A stretch of 64,000 nt of DNA. Source: Camelus dromedarius (Eukaryota). The notes beneath the pieces were generated by a model, which was given only the letters and a program-made list of their open reading frames with translations, was not told the origin of the DNA and did not search any database. The translations under genes were made by a program, and so were the position numbers. The stretch lies in the NCBI RefSeq assembly GCF_036321535.1, contig NC_087436.1, forward strand, positions 103,170,001 to 103,234,000, written 5' to 3'. Of the stretch, positions 50,901 through 64,000 are shown piece by piece (within the stretch, counting starts at the first letter, position 1; the number at the start of each line of letters is the position of its first letter).

Positions 50901-53359
50901 TAAGTTCGTACATCAGTCCAATATTTCTGGGAAAATTAATTAGGGATTTCTCTAACTGTCCTATTATAAAGCCTAGGCTTCTTTACTTCTTAGAAGGATA
51001 ACTAATGATGGACTATTATGTCTCCAACTGAAGTTTTTAACCTAGTATTTTTCATATTGTGCTTTTACATAGCACTTGAGCAGCCTCCAATCTAGAACCA
51101 CCTATGCATCCTGGTGAAGTGGGGCTACTGTTTGACTATTTCTCTCCAATCATCTGTTTATCTCCCTTTAGGTAATGTCTGTGGTCTGAGCTTAACTGCA
51201 CCTATTTCCCAGATTCTGCCCCCAAAAGTAAGTATCTGAGTCCCCACCTTTCCCATGGTGCCAATTATTGAGCCTCCATTTATTGCCCACCTCTCATATC
51301 TGGATCCCCTTTATCTCACTTTTCCTTAATCTTCTTGGTGACTGCACCCGAGTCCCAGCTCCACGGGCTGTTCAACAACTTAAAGCCCTTACATGGACCA
51401 ACTGTTGGCCCTGATCTTAGTCTTCATGCTTTATATCCTAAAATCTCCCCATCAGGTCAGCTCTCATCCTTGAATCTTTCTCTCCAGCCGCATCCATCTC
51501 TCAGGCAACAATGCCTTCTTTTTCCCTTGGTATCATTAACTTATCATCACTAGATATTAAACCACGTTCTAAGTTCATGTAGAACAATGAAGGATAACGT
51601 CTATGCCTTGGATTGATTGAAGCCTCAAAAAATTTTAAAAAGCTGTCTTCCTCAGAATAGAAGCAAAATGGGTCTGTCTCAGAGTGCCACCTTCACACTG
51701 CTTCCTTTTAATATCTTTCTTTATAGTTTGACAATCATCACACCCAAATATTAACTCTGAAAAGGAACATTTCAATTTTATAAAGCATTCTTATGGGGAA
51801 CAACAGTTCCCTTGCTACTCTCTTGTGAGGACTTTTGCTCTATTATTTTTGCAACCTAGTATCTAATGATTTCTGCCCTATTTACTCCTATCTTTGCTCC
51901 ATCTTTTCTGTTGATAACTATACTCTCTCTTATATGTCCACCAGATATCTCAGGACAAGTTGCCACTTATCTGTGCTCTTAATCAAGCCAACAGCTCTTG
52001 TGCTGGGTTCCCTATGATAGTCAGGCTTATTTCTCTCAAGCTGCCTCTGGCATTTTTAAACTCTCCCCTCTAAATCTGACTGCAGTTCTTTCTCTTTGAA
52101 GCCATGTTTTTTTCTTCACTTTAGCACTCATTTTTTCCACTTCCTCTTACCAGCAAGTTCCCTTTTTAAATACTGTATTTAAGTAAAAACAAAAGTTAGT
52201 TCACTTAAGAAAAAATATAAGCAAATAATAATGCAGATGTTACGCAAATACAGCTAAACAGACGAGAACATCATGCCAGAGTCTAATGTGTGATAAAACA
52301 TTTCCTAAGCCGCCAGTTGAAAAACTGTATTAAAGAAGAACGAAAACAATTCTGCTTGTTCTTGGTGAATGTTTGATGGCTCCCAATGATGATTATTTTT
52401 TTCTTTAACCTACATAAACCATCACATTGATAGTTATTTATTTATTATGCTTGGGAAAACTGCAAATTTCACCAACTTGCATTTTTCAAAAAAATTTAAG
52501 AGTTAACGCTCTCCATTTAAAAAAACGAACAAATAAAGCAATATTTATTAATTGCCAGTCTTCCTGAATGTGGTTGGTACATTAGTCACTTCTGAAAGCT
52601 TCATCTTCAAGACTAAGAAATCTGAGTTAATTTTAAGAAACCAGAGACTTTCCTATAACCTCATGAATCATAGATGTTAATTCCTTAATACTTACATTTG
52701 TCTGTTCTCACCAGTTTAAAAATCTCCTCTTGAAAGAGAAGAAAGAAGCAAAACAGGTTTGGGTAGCTATGTTTTTAAAGACTGTTTGGCTTTAGCAAAC
52801 TGATTTGCTTATTGTTGTTCTCTTAAATATCTGTAATTATACATGCAATAACACTTAACATAATTTAGGAAATGTAATATCAATGCCATCACTTTAATGA
52901 CCACACTAAACTAATGTATTTGTCCGCAATCACCCTATTTAATCCAAAAGAACACAATCTATCACACTTCTAATTATGTATTTGAAGAGCTTGTATCTGA
53001 TTATAACTCAAAGTTAGGTTTCCTATGAGATTTTATTGCTGGTCTCAGTGTGTCTTTAATGTTTAACACTAATATTTAATGTCTATTTAAACCAGTGTTT
53101 GCGTTTGGGCTGAAATCCAAATTGGGAGTTTCTTTATAAGTGTTCCATCCATCCTGAGAAAATTCTACCCACTTCAGGAAGATCTAATTATGTCAAGCAA
53201 AGCATAAATGGAAATGATACGAATATGTTTAAGTTTTCTTGTTGTAATTAAACTATGCCTAAACAAAACTTAGAAACTTAATTCATTTGAGAGAATAGGG
53301 TTGATGCAGAAGAGAGGCATTTAATTCAGGCACTATATAGACACTGGTGATAACAAGCA

Positions 53360-53990
53360 ACAGACCATGGTGGTTGAGGACACGACTTCTGGATTTAAAA
53401 AGCTTGAGTTGAAGCGCTTAGTCTAGCACAGTATGGTTTACTTGGGCAATTTATTTAGTATCTCTGTGGACGATAAAATACACATGACATAGATTTGTGG
53501 TAAGCCTACAATGGTATGATGCATGTAAATGGCATAGGAAACAGGGTAGACATAGTTTTCAAGAGTGGCAGGTAAGTAATTACTTTATTAATGTTCTTTT
53601 ATAAATGCCTACATTTGACCAGTCATTTTGGTATTAAAAATGTATCTGTGCCAGCAAGGTGAAAACAATAGAATGACATTAACAATTATGCGTATCTTGA
53701 TTCAGGGTTCAAAGAAACAAGGGCAAAGAGGAATTGTGTCCTTCAACTGAATATGCATTTACACTGCCTCATAAAACTCATAAATAATAAAAATTGGTAG
53801 TATGTTTCAAAGACTTAATGGTCATCCAGGAACCTCAGCATGTCTCTGATGAAGAAATTACCTTCATACACATCAAACCCTCCACCGGGAAATCATACAA
53901 CTTGCCTAAAGTGACTAATCCCATAACCAGCGTGTTACTGGTATTTAACTGTAGACCTTTCAAATGCCAACGTCCATACTTTTAAATATT
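53360..53990. mobile_element. MIR fragments (+ at ~53360-53580; - at ~53840-53990)
   Basis: atggtggttgaggacacgacttctgga...cttgggcaatttattta; ctgatgaagaaa...caacttgcctaaagtgac. Confidence 0.55.
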
Positions 53991-56900
53991 ATACACCAGT
54001 CCCTCTATATGCAGTGGACTCACTTACTGAAATGGAGGGCTGAGGAGGTGATCACAGGCCCAACTCTGTGTTCAGGAAGATGTGGACTACAGATCGGAAT
54101 CCTCCACTAACTAACCCCTGTGCGTTGAAGAAACATGTCTCAGATGCTTTTCTCACTGTTCGTGGAGAATAAGTAACTTACATCCACTAGTAGGGCCCCT
54201 CCTTACCTACTGCATGTTTTGTGGGGGTCAGAAAATAGTATCCTCTTCCAAGGAGATGCTGTGTTAAGGTGCATGGTTTGGAAATTCAAGCAAGAATAAC
54301 TTGGTACCCCTACTTCCCCTCTCAATTAATCGTCTTCTCCCATAGCCCAGTCTGCTACCAACATTCTGAAACATTAGAAGAAATGCTGGAATGGAAGGAG
54401 GGTACAAATTTGGGAAAAGAGAAACAGAAATATCAGAGAAAATACAGACCTTTTTCTCCATATCCATGTCGGAATTTGGCCCCAGGACCCATTGGGAGGT
54501 TTCAAGCTCCTGCTTTCTTTCTCTACGTGAGAAATACTAACTCACAGAGGTTATGATTTGTCCTTTGGGGGACTGCAGTAGTCTGTCAAACTGGGTACCT
54601 CAAACCTGGAAGCTGCATTGTATCAAAGCAGGATTCCCAAGGGGCATAGCTGGAGAAAATTGCCAGTTTTAGTCTTGTTCTGCATCCTAGTTAAGCAGGG
54701 TGTATAATGTAGCTATCTCTCAACCACAGTCATATACAAGGGCACTTAATCATGTCTTATATGGATTTTCCATTCCATTCAATCCATCCCTTGTCACTGC
54801 ACAAGATACTGAGAAGCATATGCATATAACTGGGATCATTAGTCACGACCCTCCAACTCTGCCTATTTTCACAGGTAGATGGATCCTTTGGGATCCTGTG
54901 GTCTCCCGTCAAGTCCCTAAAGAGCCCTAAGTATTTGGGTTTAATAATACTTGATAGTGAACTCTGATGACCAGAATATTTGAGCAATGATAATATTTAT
55001 TTTAGGAGGTTGGATAATATAGACAAATTTCTTTGAGGTTATCATGATTTATTTTATGTATTTAAAATATAGATATTTTTGATTGACTTGGGCCTTTTTT
55101 TACCGTAGGGGAAAAAAAAAAAGAGGAAGAAATGGGTTAGGGTATAAACTAACACAGGAGATTCCATAAAACATGTTTATCTGCTGGATGGTCTTGAGCT
55201 GGTGATGGGAGGTGAAGGTGATGGAGATAATACAAAATAATTTATGCATCAAAAATACTGAATAAATCTGAGTGCTGCTTAGGAGTGAGCTGGATAGATG
55301 AGGTCTTGTTGAACCAGTCATTCTGAAACAATTTTTTCCTGTTGAGATTTTCACTGACATTTTCAACATGTGGGTAAATTAATTCAAATAACCAACTTCT
55401 GCAAATCATCCACTCTTACTTGAGATCTCTAGCTGCATCACCCATATATTAGAAGAAGAAGAATGTCACTCTTATTCTTTTCCTTCCTGTGTGAAGATGC
55501 AGGAGCTCACTTTATAATCATGCATCGATCGCAGGCTCTTTCAGTCACTATGGAATGATTCTGTAGTCAGCATGAATTGTTCTCATTCTGAGATTTTGTA
55601 CAGTGACTTCTGCTATCCTATCTTAAGAATAAGAAGAGTTATTGTCAAGTTCATTATCTCAGCAGGAAATGTTTGTGATGATGAAGCTGCCAAGCTTCAC
55701 CAAGTTGTTCATGCTCATTCCATTTTGTTAACATGACCCAATTCAGCCTCCCTCCGATGATAACTCATTTTGATTTTAACTCACTTTAAAAATGAGTCAA
55801 TTTGATTTCTAAAACCTTGTTGATTTAAATTTGTTTTAACACTTCCTGCTATAACATCTTGTATTTTAGCAGACAAAAAACAAAAAATGAGATTCTCTCA
55901 ATTCAGCAATCCTTAAGAGGAAATTCAAGAAAGTAGACTGACAAATGTAAAAATAGCACTAGTTCATTTTCCTTTACTTTTCCTCCAACTCTTAACTTTC
56001 TTCTGCCATTCTTAAAAATCACTTAACCATTAATTCTCAAATCACAATCCTGGCCTAATCGAAACTACTTTGAGTCCAGCCATTTGACTATGCCTGGACA
56101 GCATGCTATCATACTTAGTACATGCAAAAGAGCCCAGCACAGTGAATCAGGAGACAGATAATCTCTGCAGAACTGCCAGCTTTCATGAAGCATGGTTTAT
56201 GCCATTCCATTTTACATTGCTCTCTGCTAACAAGTCCTGCTACCACTACCTCATTACAGTCCCATTTTGCTTTTTCTAAAGTTCACTCCAATATCCTCTA
56301 ACACATACAGAATGCTAGTGGCAATATCTTAGCAAAAATTTAGACTATAAACCTGAAATGGGCAACATTGCTTGCAGGGAACACATAAATAAAAAATAAA
56401 TAAATAAAAGTACCAAGGTAATTTTTAGATGGCACATTTTCAAATTCTGAATAAACATTTATCAGATAAACAGCACTATTATTGGTAGTTAAGTTCCCAG
56501 GCTACTCCCAAATATACCTAAAATACTATGCATTTGCACCAAAAAGAAAATAATTAGAGGTTTTGAAATACTAATTGGAAGATTAAAAATAAAACTGAAA
56601 GTGATTTTTGCATATAGCTTTAATATTCATCCTGGGTGGAAGTTTAGTTTACAGACAAGTCATGTGGCAGATACATCAAAATCAAAAGAACTTCTGGACA
56701 TTTAAAATCACAGAGGCATAGCATGTAAGACTTATATAAAAACCTTAAGTCTTCTGCATTCCATGCCCTTTTTTTGGCCAATTCAATACCACATTCTGTT
56801 CCTCCAAGTTAGACACTCAGGCTCTTTATCAACTGTCTTAGTGCAATTAAGTTCTTACACAAATTCAGATATTACTGTAGCATCTCTGTTCAGTGGGATT

Positions 56901-57957
56901 TTGAATAAACTACTCTGGAGAACGAACCATTGACACTGAAACTCTATCACTACAGGAGATTCCTAATTAGCTAGTAAGCTCCGGGAGCCGACAGCCTCTG
57001 GGACAGTCCCAGCAAATCCTACTATACTTAAACATCTCACCCCTTTCCCATCCATTTTCCTCTTAGTCTGTTTAAAAATTCTGCTCATGACCCTGACCAG
57101 ACTTCTATCCCACTTCACGAGTGGAGACTTGATTTGAGTATCGACTCTCTTGGACAGCTGGTGGAGAGTGGATGGGGCTTTTATTTCACCTTCAATGGAT
57201 TCTACTGACGCCAAACACCAGGCTGTGTGAAGAGTGCCCTTGGGTTCTCTCATGTTTTGTTCTGCCCATCTACTCTATCTTCCAGACAGGTAACCTTGGA
57301 CATTCGGTTGTTCACTGTTTCCCTGCTCGTAAGAATGTATTCATTCAACAGCTTATCAGCGCTCCAAACTGAACCCACTTTGCCATTATCTCCAACTTAT
57401 TAATTTTTCTGTTTGGCCTGCGTCAATGGTTTGATTGTGTGCTAAGTTCTGCTTGTTCTCCATTATGTTATAGCTAAAAGTAAACCTATCATGAAGAGGT
57501 GATTCACTAACTATAATTAAACATATTCAATACAGAACTTAACTATTGTACTTGATGGAATGTATCTCTGAAAATATGCTGTCAAAATAGTGACTATTTT
57601 TAGATCTGTTTCTGAGTGGCCCCTGTCTTTGTTCCTCGTGAGTCTTGCAGTATCCCCTAGCCTTAGGATATTCTATGCATGCATAACACTTCATGTATGA
57701 ATGCTTAATTTTAGGAGAAGTCTCCTTGGTATTAGGGGACACCTATGATATCTGTATTTAGATTATCTACAGTTAAGTCATAATTTTGCTACCTTCTGGC
57801 CTCATGGAATTGAGCAAATAATTCAGTCTTCACAACTACCGATTAGATTGACATTAGTACCTCATTTAAAAGACAAGGGAACTAAAACTCAGGAGTCTTT
57901 CTGAAATACTTTATGTGAAAGTTCTTAACAGTCTTTAAGAATTTAACAGACAATTAA

Positions 57958-58325
57958 TGTCATAGACTGAATAGCTGTCCCCTCAAAGTTCATGTTTTGA
58001 AACCCTAATCCTTAATGAGATGGTATTTGGAGTTGGGGACTTTGGGAGGTAATTCAGTCATGAGAGCAGAGCCCTCAAGTTCGGATTAATGCCATTATAA
58101 GAAGAAACCTGAGGGCTTGTTTAGTATCTCTGCTCTCTGCTGTGTCGGGTGACAAGGACAAGGCGGCCATCTGCATACCAGGAAGTGGACTCTCACTAGA
58201 CACCACATCTGTCAGCACCTTGATCTTGGATCTCCCAGCCCCCACAATGGTGAGAAATACGTATTTGTAGTTTAAGCCATCCAGTCTACTGTAATTTGTT
58301 ACAGCAGGCTGAACTGATTAAGACA
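57958..58325 (+). mobile_element. MLT1A0-like MaLR LTR
   Basis: tgtcatagactgaat...gcaccttgatcttggatctcccagcc...gaactgattaagaca, complete TG...CA. Confidence 0.9.
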
Positions 58326-59544
58326 TGCTCGTTAACTAATTATGAATTGACCAATTAACTATTATTCAATTGACCAAGTTTTTCTTTCGAGTGTTTGTGT
58401 GTCTCATGGTTTAATTTTTGAATGATAGATCCTTTATCCTCCCTCTCCTCAGGAAAATGTATGTATTCAAACAAACACATCTGATGGCAGGCCATTAAAT
58501 GGATGCAAACGCAAAAGTTCAAAGAATTGGAATGTAACGAAGATTTCCTCACCAACAACAAAACAAAACTTTCAAATCTCTGAATTCAGGAATATGGCAT
58601 AATTATTGGCCCTATAAAGATTGACTTTTAAGATAGTGTTAGCTGAATCTAGTTTGGTTCACTTTGGTTTGTTTTTAGCAGTGACTTGAACGGTGACAGA
58701 AAAAGCAGGTTACCTGCACTTAAGTCTCCACTAACCTAGTGTGCATCTAACTCCACACGAGACTACTCCAAATCTCTAACCATCAGAACTGCCTCTGAAA
58801 GATTAAAGCCAAAGTGGGGAGTCATGTTCCTTAGGAACACCACTGTCATTTAGAGTCTTTGTACTGTTTATTTGAAAAAGGAGAACAATTTCCAAATAAG
58901 TTCAAGTCATCTCACTTTCTGTATTTTCAAAACTGGACCACCTCCAGGTCCATCCTAACAGATAAGTGCGTGAAACTGCGAGTGTGCCAATGTCTCAGAG
59001 AGATTTGTAGACCTCAGGTACAAAATACACGACAGTCTGCCATTAGGAATCACATTTCCTGATAGGCGGCCAGGAAGGTTCCCCATGAACACACCCAGAG
59101 GTAGCGAACTGATACTTTTAAAGATTGTCCATTTCAATTTTATTACAAAATCCGTATGTGGAGGAAAGTTTTGCCTGGTTCTTACTCTTTTTTTGCAAAC
59201 ACAAAGAATAAATCCATTTTCTGTTCCAAATTATAATGTCACATACTTGAACACACCTCTCATGTATCTCCAAGCTAAGGAGCCCAGCTTTCTTTGGTAT
59301 TTTCCAAAGAAAAATTTTATGGTCTGATTCACCAACTTCTGATTATATTTTTCTTAAGTTCAACTTAAAAAGGCATCTTTTGAATTTGTATCCCTGTGAG
59401 TTGAACATAATAGTCTATAGATTGTCTGAATATAGTAACTATATTCTGTAATGCAGGAACGATATTCTAAACAAGGTATTTTTGTTATTGTTTTCATTTT
59501 GTTTTCATCAAATTGAGGGAAATAACTTGCTTTTTTCAATATCA

Positions 59545-60013
59545 ATGGCTTAGCAAGAAAACTGAATGAATCTCAGCAAGGAAGATGTGAATTCCTAGGT
59601 CTTGCATTATAATTTCCAAAAAGAGTGGTGCTTCTGACATAGGCCCCCAACTGGAGAGTTAGGCCACAAAAGGTCAGCTCAGGGAAAATATACATAAAAG
59701 ATCTCACACATTTATCTTCTAGGTGGATTTTCCCTAGTTTTTTTTTTTTTTTTTTTGACGTATGCATTTTTTATCATATTTAAGCTGCAATTTGACTATT
59801 TCTACTAATGTCACTCTACAGAGCTTCACATGTATGTTTATATGAGATGGGCATGCATATGGTGAGTGTCTATTAACAAATAGAAGGAGGAGTGAATTAT
59901 TTTGCATAAAATACCTGTACTTCTACTCAGTACAATATGTGCCTCCTTTGACTACCCTACACCCCTCAGGAAGCCACGCAGAAGTCAGAAATGGCACTTT
60001 AGTCTTCTCTACA
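59545..60013 (-). mobile_element. Probable old LTR (unassigned)
   Basis: Minus strand begins TGTAGAGAAGACTAAAGTGCCATT, an LTR-like start; family not recognised. Confidence 0.35.
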
Positions 60014-61184
60014 ATGAGAAGAGCTCTGGAATGTTGGTAAAAGCACTTGGAAACCACAAGAGTAGCTCTACTCCCTGGAAGGGGGGCAAGCCCATCCCTA
60101 AGTCTTGTTCTTATCAAGTGAACTCAAGGAGAGTGAGAGCTGGAAGACCCTACAGATCATTAAATTCAACCCTTTCATTTGTCAGTGACCAAATTGAATC
60201 CCATATATTTAAATGATTTGTTGAACGTCCACAGAATATTTTCATATTAAAGTATAACAACAACTTTGTCCCTTGACTGGTAGTTTTATTGTTGTTTATT
60301 TGTTTTTATTTTATACTTAAAGAATTTAGGCTTTTTAGGGGCAAATATAACAGACTTTGGAGGGCAAATCCAAACTCCAAGGATACTCTGTTAGGAGATT
60401 CAGTAAGAGCACTTTGTTCTCAACTCTGTAAATAATAGTTTTAAGTCACTTTTTGTAGACATGTTACAGAGAGCAATATGAATTTATTATTTAAATTTAC
60501 TTTTAGTAGGTAACTATTAATTTTTACTCATAGCCACTATTATTCACATGGCAACACTTTACATTTTATCGCAAATAAAATACTAAAACTCAACTCAATT
60601 AGCTAGAAGAAACATGGATAACATAGTAAATTAGCTATGCAAATCAGTTTGCAAGGAGTCTTATAATAAATTGCACATTTGAAAAAAGAAATCCTAAATA
60701 GTTAAAGTTGACCAGAAAAACAGGCTTTACTTACTTCCCATCATTCACATTTTTATAGTAATTATAAAGTTATTTGGCTAGTATTTATTCCCTTAAGAGA
60801 TATAATTCCAAATACTTTGTTAAATAGAAAAAAAAAATTATAAGGGGTAATTTATTTATATTTTGAATGCTTTTTCCTTATGGGTATATGCTTTTAGTGT
60901 ATATAAGTTTTGTTAATATTAATAAGGATTAAAATGTATACTCAATAAAAGAATAAGTTATCTTTCAATATGTAATAATAGCATATATTATTATTCATTG
61001 AATTGATTTGTTTCCACAGAGCTTCAGTGTTTTGTTTCTGCATGTGTTAGCTGATGACACTAATACAAATACAATAAACTATTTGGTATCATTCCTTGTC
61101 AAATTAAAGAATATACAGTGTTTTAAAGAACTAAACAAATAGGGTAAGTTAAAAATATATTTTCTCTAACATTATACACAGTAG

Positions 61185-61410
61185 TGTTAGGTAGTTAGAT
61201 AAGTGGGAACACAGGGCAGGAAGGTGGAGGACAAGGAGGATGGTCCGGATGACGGCATTATATCCACCTCCAGCATAAAGGGGCTTTACTTCTAAATGAG
61301 TGCCAGCAAGAAACTGGTTAGAACCCGACAGCCATGACTGCCCAGAAACAGAAAGGACTTCATGGGACACAACCCAATTTTCATTGTATTATAATTAACA
61401 TTGCGATTTA
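61185..61410 (+). mobile_element. 5' fragment of the LTR family at 592-1154
   Basis: TGTTAGGTAGTTAGATA start; shared TTTACTT...TGCCA.CAA...GTTAGAAC...GACTGC blocks. Confidence 0.75.
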
Positions 61411-63010
61411 TATATAATTACTAAGAGCCCGAATACATGAAAACAGCACGAAGAGAAAAAATACTATGAGTCTTTCATTAAATGTGCAGTGGTATAATAT
61501 TATTTGAAAGAGATTGTGAAAAATTAAATATGTATACTGTAAACCCTAGAACAACCAATTTAAACCATGAAGTACATCTAAAAAGCCAACAGTGGAAATA
61601 AAATCAAACACTGAAAAATCCTCAGATAATTCAAAAGAACACTGAAAATGAAAAAGGAAAAAAGAATAGAGAGAAATAAGATAAGAGACTGGTAGATTTA
61701 AACCCAAATGATATAATCAATATGTAAATTTTAATGTAAATTTTTAAAACTGCAATTTAAAGGCAGAATTTCTAAAAATTCCTAAAAAACAAGAGTATCA
61801 AAGAAGCAAACCAGAGCCCAGAAACAAAACCATGTAACGTGGCCACATGATTTACCTATAGGGGCCACTCTGGGAAGAATGGTCTTTAAAGTAAATAATA
61901 CCACGTCAACTGTGTATCAGTATGGAAAAATACAAATGAGTCTCATTTTCTCACTCACAAAATACAAGATAATTTATCTGAAATTGATTACAGAACTAAT
62001 GTAAGACATAAAGCAACAGTGCTTCTATAAGAAAACTTAGTAAAATACATTTACTATATTTGAGAGATCGAAGATTTCCTAAAGGAAACAAAAATCACTA
62101 ATCATTACAGTAAATACTAGTAATTTGGAGTTAATGAAACTAAAAATTCTGTTTAAGGAAAGCAATATTAAGAGAGTGAAGAGTGAAGCCAGAGACCTGG
62201 AAAGGATGTTTGTGATATAGAGAGACTACAAATAACTTCTACACTTTACAATACACAGAGTACAAATGCATAAAATACTTGAAGAAACATTTCACAAAAT
62301 ATTCAAATGGTCAATAGTTGTATGAAAAGGTGCCAAAAAGCATTTGTTATTATAAAAATGCAAATTAAAATGACTACAAGATACCATGGCACCACGTACA
62401 ACAAAATGACTAAAATTTAAAAGCTAGACAATGTGAAGGGTAGTCAAAGATGCAGAACAACTGGATTGATGATGGAAACACAAATTAGTTAAATCACTTT
62501 GGAAAAGAGTTTGCCAGCATCTACTAAAATGACCACCTGACCAAGGAATCCCACTCCCAAATTTTATTCCAAGAAAAAAGATCTTTTTTTCCTCCAAATG
62601 ATACAGGAGTTCATAGCAGCTTAATTCAGAATAGCTTAACATTTGAGATGACCCAAAGCCCAAGACAGAATAGAGTAAGTACACGGTACTACCCTCATAG
62701 GGTATAAAAACACATCACAACACCAAGAGAACTCCTGCTGCTCTCAACAACAGGGATGAGTATCACTGACATAATACTGAGCAGAAGAAGTCCCATACAC
62801 AAGAGTATATGATGCTGGGTTCCAACTCTGTGAAATTTAGGAATAGGCAAAATGTATCTATAATTTTAAAGTAAAAGTTATCTCTGGGACAATGTATTGC
62901 CTAAGAATGCTCAAATAGTGTACTCTTGGAAATACTCAATAACTTGATCTTAGTGCTGGTTATGTCGCTATACACATATGTAAAATTTAGTGAGATTTAA
63001 AACTATATAT
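61410..63010 (+). mobile_element. Old L1 (L1ME/MC-type) fragments through the 3'UTR
   Basis: tatgtatactgtaaaccctagaacaacca; aaaatgcaaattaaaatgactacaagatacca; cataatactgagcagaagaag; ttgatcttagtgctggtta. Confidence 0.8.
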
Positions 63011-63524
63011 GTGGGTGGACATTTTTTCCCTTTAGCATAAATATAAATATTTTGATAGAGAAAACTCCTGTATAATTTAAATTAAAAAAAAAACACTGTT
63101 GCTGATCTTATCAAGTTTGAATGTATTCTTGTGGATATAAATTCTGCTTCCAATTATAAAATATAAATTTGGGTATTACGTTAAATATCAATTTCCTCTT
63201 TAAAGAACATTAAAAAGAATACTGCAAAGAATTGAAAATACCAAAAATTAGTTTCCTCATTCAAGTTCTTCCTAGAACCAAAAATCAAATTTAACCAAAT
63301 GCCACGAATCAGTAAGAGTATACTATGGAAAAAAGCAACCATTCCATTGTGTTCAATTAAAAAAAAAATCTATTGCCATTAGTCGTAATTCTTTGTGTTC
63401 TCACAGAAACTAGGAAATAAGAGGGTTCACATAACCTTATAAAAACTACAAGTTGCATTATGGGACTAGATAATCGTATAACAATATAATCTCAAGAAAT
63501 AAAATCTCAAAGAAATTTAAGATT

Positions 63525-64000
63525 ATTAAGTCTCAAACTTTTTGGTTTAAGCACCAAGAAGTTTGCCCTCTAAAAACTTCCTAAGGACCCCAAAGAGTTT
63601 TAGTTTAAGGGAGTTATATGTTATTGTTTACTCTATGTTTAATTAAAAATGAGAAATGAGTTAATATATCTAATTATTAATTCATTTAAGATGGGCAAAT
63701 AAAATCCCTACTACTTAACATACTAGTTTGTTTTTTATGAAAATAAGTGTATTTTCCAAAAAAAAAATAATAGAAAATAGCACTGTTTTCTCCTTTTATA
63801 AATTTCTTTGATGTCTGACTTAATAGGAGAAAGCTGATTTTCATATCCGCTTCTGCATTCAATCTGTTCTGCTATTACATGCCATTAACCTCTGAAAAAT
63901 TCTACTGTACACTCCTAACAGAATGGGAATAAAAAATGCAAATACTATCATAATATTATTATGAAAATGGTTTTGACCTTGCCGATTGCTTCAAAGTATC
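63525..64000 (+). mobile_element. MER119/Charlie4-like hAT DNA transposon (runs off the window)
   Basis: tctcaaactttttggt...aggaccccaaagag...gcttctgcattcaatctgtt...tattatgaaaatggttttgacct. Confidence 0.85.

Noticed and set aside
53569..53577. Perfect splice donor CAG|GTAAGT
   Set aside because: At the end of a MIR, with no convincing upstream acceptor or reading frame.
592..61410. Related LTRs at both window ends as one giant element
   Set aside because: Opposite orientations, substantial divergence, the second copy is truncated and the first has its own TSD.

Overview
Mammalian, AT-rich, repeat-dense non-coding DNA (gene desert or very large intron). It is probably from a camelid: it has artiodactyl-type young L1 3' ends and no Alu, Bov-tA/Bov-A2, PRE-1, CHR, Can-SINE or ERE SINEs. 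I find no supportable intact protein-coding gene, rRNA/tRNA or CRISPR array; the short ORFs are repeat-derived or chance. Much of the window is decayed transposons: L1 of several ages, HAL1, L2, MIR, about 20 LTRs, two oppositely oriented ERV-L pol remnants, and MER115 and MER119 DNA transposons. Most notable: (1) an unexplained ~0.7 kb block fused to a truncated L1 ORF1, with a weak, same-frame resemblance to bornavirus glycoprotein G2 (speculative EBLG); (2) a twin-primed 5'-inverted L1; (3) a ~0.8 kb L1 with both termini but no body; (4) a CpG-retaining unique element at ~33.7-33.9 kb with four consecutive hairpins, abutting GAS and kB motifs and a splice donor; (5) a candidate 63-nt non-coding exon. 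Repeat family names come from recalled consensus sequences, and boundaries are approximate.
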